From Bacteroidota bacterium (lineage in GTDB: Bacteria; Bacteroidota; Bacteroidia; Chitinophagales; UBA8649): DNA of 51,925 bases. A model generated the notes under the pieces. The model was not told where the DNA came from, made no database searches, and worked only from the letters and a program-made list of their open reading frames with translations. Positions 44,710 through 51,925 of the stretch are shown here, one piece after another. Both the position numbers and the translations under genes were made by a program. The stretch covers positions 1-51,925 of the forward strand of contig JAYYPZ010000051.1 of assembly GCA_036128775.1 (NCBI GenBank), in the 5' to 3' direction. Positions within the stretch are counted from its first letter, which is position 1. Every line of letters begins with the position of its first letter.

Positions 44710-46764
44710 CTAAAAAGAGCCCGCATATTTTCGCAGAACCCACTCAGCGCCAAAAAACAACAAGGCAAGGCACAACCAAAGTATTTCATTGACCCTGGGT
44801 TTTACAGAACGAATCACTTGATTTTTCTTCAACCCACTAATCCAATTCATGACCTCAGACACAAGGTTGTCGATCTCCTCCTTACTATGATAAGCCCCTT
44901 GATTAGCCTGTGCAATATGTTGAAGGAGTGCAGTATCTCTTCTTGTTACATGGTATTCGCGCAAATCCTCTTCGACAACAATTCCAGCTTTTGTTGTAAG
45001 CTTTTTGTTATCAACCAGTGCACTTGCTTGCACAAGATACATTCCCGGACGAAGAGCTATAGGATCGGAACTTACGACTCCTTCATTATTGCTTTTAGCC
45101 ATAAAGGTTGTATCCCAATCACTCTTACTATCGGTTAAATTTATTTCTATGTTTTGAGGAATAACCCTTGTGTAGTTCTCTCCTAAGGCATCAAGCGAAA
45201 AGGTAACCTCTTCCCTTCCCTTGGGACGACTAGGTGTCCACGAAAGCATGAGACGTTCCTGTGAAAAGTCCTGAATCAACTCATTGGTTAGCTGCTGAAA
45301 AAAGGTATTAAAGGCATCCGCATTGCCATATGCTTGGCGTTCTGCCATTTGCCATTTCCACCACCCCTCGCCAATCAGCGTAAAGATTTTTTTTCCTCCC
45401 CTAGAGAGGTTGGACAACACAGGCTCTTGAAGTCCCTCGGTAAGCATAGTTTGGGCCGACATATTAAGGTCATGAACAACACCACTAGGATATCGAATGG
45501 ATGGCATCTCCGCGAGACGCTGAAAAATTTCACTTGTAAAAATCAAGGGTATCGATGATGGTTGAAAAAACGCTTTTCGATTAGCTGCCCAAGCACTTCC
45601 CGTGGGAAGTACAATGCCGTCAACCAACGCATTATACTGCTCTGCTGAAGTCGCTGCCCCAACGATAAACAACTGTGGAATTCTGCTATCTCGACTAATG
45701 GCTAATTCTCCATAACGCCCATCAGGTACATTATGCCATATTATGCCATCTAGGCCATTCAATGTAGGTGGGCCATCTTTCATAAAATGCAGCGACACAT
45801 TCATTGTCTGATACTCAGATAATGCCTTGTGTATGGCACGAATATCAGGATGAGGGCCTGCTGCACAAAGCAATACATTTTGTCTACCATCTTTTACCTC
45901 CATGAAAAAGGAAGCAGTATTGTTGGCTTGTGTCAATTCATCCATTGTACAATTTGCCTCAACTGTGAAGGCCTGTACTCCCTTTTCTTGAGGGCGAATG
46001 GTTAACGTTATGGAGGTATCAACAACATCCTGTGAGAGCGTGAAATCAACCGAAGCTAAAGGGAGACCGCCTTCATTATGCGATATTTCAATGCCTACCT
46101 CTGCGCCATTGAGCAAATTGGCTTGGCAATCGACTTGCACCTCCACTTCATCGCCAGCATTTACCACTCTAGGATGACGCACATCAACAATTTTAAAATC
46201 TTCTACTCCGCGTGTGTCGCCTAAACCCAGTGTATAGATTGGCTTTTTACTTAGAAGTGAATAGGGATTTACCGCTGCATTATGTATCCCATCACTTGCT
46301 AAAATGATCGCATCGGAAGAAGAAAAAGTTCTTTCGGCATCTTCTAGGCTTTGAACAATGTTTGTTTCATAGGGATTCAGTAAACTCCCTCTTTCTTTGC
46401 CAACCTCATTGGAAAAATAGCTTATCTCAAGCATTACTGAATCTGCAAATTCTTCTTTGAGGCGATTAATCAGATAACTGGTTGTGGAAGAGTCATCCAC
46501 AAAATCAACGGACGCTGAGGCATCAATTATCAGTTGCACGGCAACCTGGCTCTCTTGAATCTCTTCTTCTTCCAACCATGGACTTAGCAACAGAAAGACT
46601 ATGATTCCTGTCGACGACGCTCGAAGAAAAGCGCTTGCCAGGCGAACGCGCCGAGCTAAAGTATCCTCACCATCAAAGGTATACTCCCTCCAATAGAGAG
46701 CTAAGGCAAAGCCAACTCCCGCAAGAATTGAAAAAAAGATAGCTGGACCAAGCGCTAATGACAT
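44710..46764 (-). CDS. Large hypothetical protein anchored by N- and C-terminal TM segments, with VWA-like N-terminal region
   Basis: N-terminal double hydrophobic segment, then LIIDASASVDF...AIILASDGIHN (VWA-like beta1/beta4 pattern). A long beta-rich middle is followed by a C-terminal TM helix (ILWLCLALLFFGAEWVL). Confidence 0.5.
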   Translation of the reverse strand: MSLALGPAIFFSILAGVGFALALYWREYTFDGEDTLARRVRLASAFLRASSTGIIVFLLLSPWLEEEEIQESQVAVQLIIDASASVDFVDDSSTTSYLINRLKEEFADSVMLEISYFSNEVGKERGSLLNPYETNIVQSLEDAERTFSSSDAIILASDGIHNAAVNPYSLLSKKPIYTLGLGDTRGVEDFKIVDVRHPRVVNAGDEVEVQVDCQANLLNGAEVGIEISHNEGGLPLASVDFTLSQDVVDTSITLTIRPQEKGVQAFTVEANCTMDELTQANNTASFFMEVKDGRQNVLLCAAGPHPDIRAIHKALSEYQTMNVSLHFMKDGPPTLNGLDGIIWHNVPDGRYGELAISRDSRIPQLFIVGAATSAEQYNALVDGIVLPTGSAWAANRKAFFQPSSIPLIFTSEIFQRLAEMPSIRYPSGVVHDLNMSAQTMLTEGLQEPVLSNLSRGGKKIFTLIGEGWWKWQMAERQAYGNADAFNTFFQQLTNELIQDFSQERLMLSWTPSRPKGREEVTFSLDALGENYTRVIPQNIEINLTDSKSDWDTTFMAKSNNEGVVSSDPIALRPGMYLVQASALVDNKKLTTKAGIVVEEDLREYHVTRRDTALLQHIAQANQGAYHSKEEIDNLVSEVMNWISGLKKNQVIRSVKPRVNEILWLCLALLFFGAEWVLRKYAGSF

Positions 46765-46771
46765 CGATCAC

Positions 46772-47491
46772 TTAACGGTGAAGCCCTCCGCAAACATTAA
46801 TTACCTGCCCATTGATATATCCCGCACTGTCAGATGCTAGAAAACTAATCAACGAAGCAACTTCTTCGGGCTGTCCTAAGCGACGAGCAGGGATGGCATC
46901 CAAATATTTTTGGCGTACATCTTCTGGAAGCACTTCGGTCATCTTCGTCTCAATAAAACCAGGAGCTACAGCATTCACCGTAACATTTCGAGCAGCAAAC
47001 TCAGCAGCCAATGATTTTGTCAACCCAATCATACCTGCCTTAGAGGCTGCGTAGTTGGCTTGGCCGGCCTGCCCCATTCTACCTACAATAGAAGAGATAT
47101 TAATGATACGACCAGACTTTTGACGCACCATTTGGTATCCCGCATGCTTGCAAAGATTATAGGCAGACTTTAGATTAATATTAATCACTGCATCCCAATC
47201 CTCCTCTTTCATGCGCATAATTAAATTATCACGCGTTATTCCCGCATTGTTCACAAGCACATCCAATCGACCTTCTTCTGCCACAATGTGTTTGACCGTT
47301 TCTTCGCATGATACATAGTCAGAGGCGTCTGAGGCAATACGCTTTATCGCGGGATTAACGTCTTGGAAATCTTCAATACTTCTTGAGGTGGCATAGACGG
47401 TATGACCTTGATTGAGAAAGAATTCTGCAATCGCTAAGCCGATTCCACGGCTACCACCTGTAATTAAAATAATCTTAGTTGGGTTGTTCAT
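46772..47491 (-). CDS. fabG: 3-oxoacyl-[ACP] reductase (SDR)
   Basis: ITGGSRGIGLAIA, NNAGITRD, SSIVGRMGQAGQANYAASKAG, PGFIETKMT. Confidence 0.85.
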   Translation of the reverse strand: MNNPTKIILITGGSRGIGLAIAEFFLNQGHTVYATSRSIEDFQDVNPAIKRIASDASDYVSCEETVKHIVAEEGRLDVLVNNAGITRDNLIMRMKEEDWDAVININLKSAYNLCKHAGYQMVRQKSGRIINISSIVGRMGQAGQANYAASKAGMIGLTKSLAAEFAARNVTVNAVAPGFIETKMTEVLPEDVRQKYLDAIPARRLGQPEEVASLISFLASDSAGYINGQVINVCGGLHR

Positions 47492-47575
47492 TCCCTAAAG
47501 GTAATAAATGGTAAGGTGGAGTCCGATTATTAAGCGTGTAATTCCTTATTTTGTTAACAATTACTTAACATAAAT

Positions 47576-48808
47576 ATGAATCGCTACATTTCTCTTTTAT
47601 TGTTTGGAATTCTTCCATGCTTACTTCAAGCACAATCATTCAATTGCGACGATGACCAATACCTCCTGCCAGAGTTTACCGTAGATGAAACACCAGGTAT
47701 TCTCTTTGGCAATAATACAGGGGTTAATGGACAAAGTGAAGACTTGCTCTTAGACATCTATGAACCTAGCGGGGATACTTCGGCTGTTCGCCCAGTTATT
47801 TTGTGGGGTTTTGGTGGAAGTTTTGTTGGCGGTAGCAGAGGCCAAGTAGACTTTCTCTGTGAAGACTATGCTGCATTAGGCTATGTTGCTGTAGCTTACG
47901 ATTATCGCATTGGTTTTTTTATTCCCTCTTCCATATCGACAGCTTTAGCAGTACTTCGCGGAGCTCACGACACAAGAGCCGCGGTACGTTGGCTCTATAA
48001 ATCAGCCCAAGAGGGAAATCCATATCGTATTGACACCAATCGAATTTTTGTCGCGGGTGTTTCAGCTGGAGCCGTTTCGGCCATTCATGCAGCTTACCTC
48101 TTTGAAGGAGATAGCGTGTTTGATTACTTCAATCCTCAAACATGGAATAATCTTGGAGGCTTTTCAGGACTGAGTGGGAATGATGGATACTCAGAAAAAG
48201 TTCATGGCGTTGTGAACTATAGCGGTGCTGTTGGTTTAAACGAATGGATTGATGGGAATGAAGTCCCTATGATTTCCTTTCATGATGTGGGGGATAATAT
48301 TGTACCCTATGACCGCCGTGAAGTCAATGTGTTTGGGATACCCACTGGGCTCATTGCAAGTGGAAGTGAAGTCATGGCCCGAAGATTAGACACTTTAGGT
48401 CTTACAAACTGCCTTCAAAGTTATAACTCTAATTCACACGTATCCTATCTGTATGACAGCGAACCTATTGAGCGTTCAGCAAGATTTTTAAAAGCCGTTA
48501 TGTGTAATAGATATTATGACTGCGAGGCGGACAGTATTGGTGGGGAACTTCCTCCCCCGGTGTCGATTGATATCCCTTCCGAAGACAACAATCTTTTGAT
48601 TGACATCCGTGATGGTGTGTTATTCATCGATAATGAATCTGTTCAACAGATTGAAATCTATGACTTGCTTGGACAGCGCCTTGCCTCATGCCAAGGAAAT
48701 AGCCTTTTACTACCCTCCTATAACGGAGTTATGTATGTTAGAATATTTAACGGAGTAAAGTGGGAGAGCTTTGGACTTAACGCTCGAAATCAATCTCGAA
48801 ATCGATAA
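47576..48808 (+). CDS. Secreted alpha/beta-hydrolase (esterase/lipase-like) with probable T9SS C-terminal domain
   Basis: Signal peptide ending LLQAQ. GFGGSFVGG oxyanion-like region, GVSAGA nucleophile elbow, FHDVGDNIVP. The C-terminal ~80 aa (IEIYDLLGQRL...MYVRIFNG) is T9SS-CTD-like. Confidence 0.65.
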   Translation: MNRYISLLLFGILPCLLQAQSFNCDDDQYLLPEFTVDETPGILFGNNTGVNGQSEDLLLDIYEPSGDTSAVRPVILWGFGGSFVGGSRGQVDFLCEDYAALGYVAVAYDYRIGFFIPSSISTALAVLRGAHDTRAAVRWLYKSAQEGNPYRIDTNRIFVAGVSAGAVSAIHAAYLFEGDSVFDYFNPQTWNNLGGFSGLSGNDGYSEKVHGVVNYSGAVGLNEWIDGNEVPMISFHDVGDNIVPYDRREVNVFGIPTGLIASGSEVMARRLDTLGLTNCLQSYNSNSHVSYLYDSEPIERSARFLKAVMCNRYYDCEADSIGGELPPPVSIDIPSEDNNLLIDIRDGVLFIDNESVQQIEIYDLLGQRLASCQGNSLLLPSYNGVMYVRIFNGVKWESFGLNARNQSRNR

Positions 48809-48819
48809 AGCAACGGGAA

Positions 48820-49689
48820 CTACGCCAATGCTTTATGCATAGTTTCTCCAATATCTGCAGGAGATTCTACTACGTGAATACCACATTCAGCCATGACCTT
48901 CATCTTGGCTTGAGCTGTATCATCCTTACCGCCGATGATTGCTCCAGCATGGCCCATTTGACGACCTTCAGGAGCAGTTTGCCCTGCGATAAATCCAACA
49001 ACGGGCTTTGTCGCATTTTCTTTAACCCAACGAGCGGCTTCGATTTCTAAGGTTCCTCCAATCTCCCCAATCATAACTATGCCATCGGTGTCACTGTCCT
49101 TCATAAGAAGTTCTACCGCATCCTTTGTCGTTGTTCCGATAATGGGATCCCCACCAATACCAATTGCTGTAGAAATACCTAGACCGGCTTTTACTACTTG
49201 ATCTGCAGCCTCATAAGTAAGCGTTCCTGATTTAGAAACTATTCCTATTCTGCCCGCTTTAAAAACAAATCCTGGCATAATACCCACTTTGGCTTCATCT
49301 GCCGTGATCACTCCTGGGCAATTAGGTCCAACTAAACGGCAATCATAGTCTTGAATAAAACGCTTAGCCTTAGCCATATCTAAGACAGGAATTCCTTCCG
49401 TAATTGCGATAATTACCTTGATGCCTGCTGCTGCCGCCTCCATAATAGCATCTGCTGCAAAAGCAGGAGGGACAAAAATGATACTCACGTCAGCCCCTGT
49501 ATTGCGAACAGCCTCATCAACCGAGTTAAACACCGGTCGATCTAAATGCACCTGTCCTCCTTTGCCTGGAGTAACGCCCCCAACCACAGGACTGCCATAA
49601 GCAATCATTTGAGAGGCATGAAAACTTCCTTCTTTACCTGTGAAGCCTTGAACGATGATTTTTGAGTCTTTGTTTACCAGTACTGACAT
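48820..49689 (-). CDS. sucD: Succinate--CoA ligase [ADP-forming] subunit alpha
   Basis: [31 protein letters not shown] (catalytic His loop). Confidence 0.96.
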   Translation of the reverse strand: MSVLVNKDSKIIVQGFTGKEGSFHASQMIAYGSPVVGGVTPGKGGQVHLDRPVFNSVDEAVRNTGADVSIIFVPPAFAADAIMEAAAAGIKVIIAITEGIPVLDMAKAKRFIQDYDCRLVGPNCPGVITADEAKVGIMPGFVFKAGRIGIVSKSGTLTYEAADQVVKAGLGISTAIGIGGDPIIGTTTKDAVELLMKDSDTDGIVMIGEIGGTLEIEAARWVKENATKPVVGFIAGQTAPEGRQMGHAGAIIGGKDDTAQAKMKVMAECGIHVVESPADIGETMHKALA

Positions 49690-49759
49690 GGATTATTGTT
49701 TTGCATAGTGAAGGTATTAAACCTTGTAAATCCCGCGACCATCAACCGTAAAAATTTAT

Positions 49760-50518
49760 CTACAAGTTGGCCTTATTTCTCAACTGTTTTAAAAAGTCCG
49801 ATGCGAAGATGAAATCAGTAAGCTCTTTGTTGTCTGAACTGAGAATATCGTCCTTACTCCCTTCCCAATGTTTAAGCCCCTGGTGCAGAAACGTGACTTT
49901 ATCTCCAATACCCATCACAGAGTTCATATCATGCGTGTTAATCACCGTAGTTATATTGTTTTCAATAGTCAATTCTCGAATTAACTCATCAATAACCAAG
50001 GCTGTTTTAGGATCAAGTCCGGAGTTGGGTTCATCACAGAAGAGGTACTTGGGCTCCATAACAATGGCACGTGCAATACCTACTCGTTTCATCATACCTC
50101 CCGAAATTTCTCCAGGATATTTTTTGCCCGCACCTTTTAAGTTTACTTTTTGCAAACACTCTTCAACTCGAGAACGCTTTTCATCGTCTGATTTTGAAGT
50201 GAACATATCTAAAGGAAAACGAATGTTTTCTTCAACAGTCATTGAATCAAACAGGGCATTTCCCTGAAAGAGCATGCCCATTTCTTGACGTAACTTTTTT
50301 TGTTCTTTTGCTTTTAAGGCATTAAACTTTCTGTCTGAATACAAAATATTCCCACTATCGGGTTTATGCAGACCGACCAAACATTTTAAGAAGACCGTTT
50401 TTCCCGCGCCACTCGTTCCAATTACGAGATTGCATTGCCCTGGGTAAAATTCCACAGAAATACCTTTTAGCACTGATTGCTCAGCAAAGGATTTTTTTAT
50501 GTTTTCTACAACAATCAT
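49760..50518 (-). CDS. ABC transporter ATP-binding protein (MlaF-like)
   Basis: Walker A GTSGAGKT, signature ISGGMMKRV, Walker B LFCDEPNSGLD. It overlaps the upstream permease gene by 4 nt. Confidence 0.85.
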   Translation of the reverse strand: MIVVENIKKSFAEQSVLKGISVEFYPGQCNLVIGTSGAGKTVFLKCLVGLHKPDSGNILYSDRKFNALKAKEQKKLRQEMGMLFQGNALFDSMTVEENIRFPLDMFTSKSDDEKRSRVEECLQKVNLKGAGKKYPGEISGGMMKRVGIARAIVMEPKYLFCDEPNSGLDPKTALVIDELIRELTIENNITTVINTHDMNSVMGIGDKVTFLHQGLKHWEGSKDDILSSDNKELTDFIFASDFLKQLRNKANL

Positions 50519-51258
50519 AGGAAGAGAAAAGCAATTAGGAAATTCGTAACAATAATCATAATGGAGCTATTGACCACAGCCCTTGTGCTCGCCGCTCCAA
50601 TTTCCAAAGCTCCTCCTTTCACATAGTATCCTTGATAGCAACTTACACTAGTAACAATAAAGGAAAAAACATAACACTTAAGCAAAAAGATTACTGTGTA
50701 GTATGAGGTAAATGTATCTTGAAGCCCTGTTTTATATTCCTCCCAGGAAAAAAAATCCCCAAAATATCCCGCTAAATATCCACCTACCATACCTAATATC
50801 ACCGCGGAAGCAAAAAGCAACGGTACAATAAGCAAAGCACCCAATATTTTCGGCATAATCAGATAAGCCTTGGTGTTTACACCCATAATTTCAAGGGCAT
50901 CAATTTGCTCAGTTACCCTCATAGAACCAAGCTCTGAAGAAATATTAGACCCAACCTTTCCAGCAAGCATCAGTGATCCAATGGTTGGGACAAGTTCTAA
51001 GATTAGGGAATCTCGCACAATATATCCTATAAGGGACATCGGCAACGGCAAGGTCATATCAAGGAACTGTTTAGCAAATTGCACAGCCGTTACAGCCCCA
51101 ATAAAAGTGGATATAATGGCAATAATAGGTAACGAACCGATTCCAATATCATGGGTTTGACGAAAAGTTTCTTTGGCATACATAGAGAATTTCTCCGGGC
51201 GAGTTAATCCTTGCCCTAACATCATTAAATACCGCCCTAAACTCCGAATGATTTTCAA
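50515..51258 (-). CDS. MlaE-family ABC transporter permease
   Basis: 247-aa polytopic protein. RVTEQIDALEIMGVN is the conserved MlaE/Ttg2B loop. Confidence 0.8.
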   Translation of the reverse strand: MKIIRSLGRYLMMLGQGLTRPEKFSMYAKETFRQTHDIGIGSLPIIAIISTFIGAVTAVQFAKQFLDMTLPLPMSLIGYIVRDSLILELVPTIGSLMLAGKVGSNISSELGSMRVTEQIDALEIMGVNTKAYLIMPKILGALLIVPLLFASAVILGMVGGYLAGYFGDFFSWEEYKTGLQDTFTSYYTVIFLLKCYVFSFIVTSVSCYQGYYVKGGALEIGAASTRAVVNSSIMIIVTNFLIAFLFL

Positions 51259-51302
51259 TTCGTCTTATTTTAATGAAAAATACATCAAATACTACCACAT
51301 TT

Positions 51303-51925
51303 ATGTCGAAGCGAGCAATAATCACAGGAGGAAGTGCAGGTATTGGACTAGAAACCGCCAAAAAATTCTATATCAATGGCTTTGATGTCATGCTATGCGC
51401 CCGGAACCAGGAAAATCTTGATCGCGCAAAACACGATATTGAGCAGTTATCTCCTAAAGGTCAGAATCCTCGAAAGGTTCAAACCATCCAAGCCGATTTC
51501 TTGAAAGTAAGTGATGTCGCTCGCTTTGCTTCAGAAGTACTTGCCTCAAGTGGGACGATTGATGTGCTCGTTCACAATGCAGGTATTTTTCTTCCTGGAG
51601 ACCTTGTAGGCGAAAAAAATCTTCAAGCCATGCGCGATATGATGGAAGTTAACTTTTTTTCTGCCTACCACCTCAATCAGCTCCTGCTTCCCAAAATGAT
51701 AGAACAAGGACATGGTCACATTATTCTTATGAGTTCCATTGCAGGTCTAGCGGCCTATCCTGCAGGTTCAATGTATACTATATCAAAGTTTGCCTTGACA
51801 GGCTTTGCCAAGGCGCTGCGGCTTGAAACCCAAGATAAAAATATACGAGTCAGTGCCATTTACCCCGGGGCAACTTGGACTCGCTCATGGTCAGAAAGCG
51901 GACTTGATGAAGACCGATTAATGCC
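51303..51925 (+). CDS. Short-chain dehydrogenase/reductase, 3' end beyond window
   Basis: Not in the ORF track because no stop lies inside the window. My translation from the ATG at 51303 gives MSKRAIITGGSAGIGLE... with HNAG, MSSIAG and YTISK (Ser-Tyr-Lys triad), open to the window end. Confidence 0.85.
   Translation, partial: MSKRAIITGGSAGIGLETAKKFYINGFDVMLCARNQENLDRAKHDIEQLSPKGQNPRKVQTIQADFLKVSDVARFASEVLASSGTIDVLVHNAGIFLPGDLVGEKNLQAMRDMMEVNFFSAYHLNQLLLPKMIEQGHGHIILMSSIAGLAAYPAGSMYTISKFALTGFAKALRLETQDKNIRVSAIYPGATWTRSWSESGLDEDRLM

Noticed and set aside
1-51925. Mobile elements, prophage, CRISPR-Cas or known defence systems anywhere in the window
   Set aside because: No ORF shows integrase, transposase, reverse transcriptase, restriction/modification, nuclease-helicase, capsid or terminase signatures. 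The only mobility-related trace is the tRNA-Ser scar repeat.

Overview
The window reads as a chromosomal segment of a marine Bacteroidota (Flavobacteriia-like) genome. Supporting signs are T9SS C-terminal sorting domains, SprB-type repeats, tight gene packing without obvious Shine-Dalgarno sites, and a flavobacterial-type proteorhodopsin. About 60 genes can be supported. Most are housekeeping: lepA, rluF, smpB, pcm, ribBA, ffh, rpsP, hppD/hmgA, fabG, sucD, mlaEF-like and tRNA-Ser. There is an ExbB/ExbD module and an O-antigen/EPS-type cluster (GT4, flippase, Wzz-like, O-antigen-ligase-like). A DtxR-family regulator plus ZIP transporter operon has a candidate operator palindrome. The accessory core is a light-harvesting module at 23.9-26.8 kb: crtZ, a fused lycopene-cyclase-domain gene, blh and a DTE-motif proteorhodopsin with Met at the tuning position. 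Next to it (28.0-35.0 kb) is a very tightly packed minus-strand string: GT4 - membrane GT2 - RibBA - CrtD-like desaturase - two sulfotransferases. I flag that string as the best candidate for an undescribed function, namely carotenoid glycosylation/sulfation. This is inference only. Other points worth a look are a gene-decay zone at 5.4-6.7 kb, where a 60-aa 'GG-leader peptide' ORF is better read as the N-terminal half of a frameshifted CheY-like receiver. There are also two tRNA-Ser 3'-end scar copies, a 14-unit pentapeptide repeat in S16, a VWA gene wedged into the tyrosine-catabolism operon, and several tandem paralog pairs of unknown function. I found no CRISPR array, transposase, integrase, prophage or recognisable defence genes. 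All calls come from reading the translations and the DNA by eye; no database search was possible.
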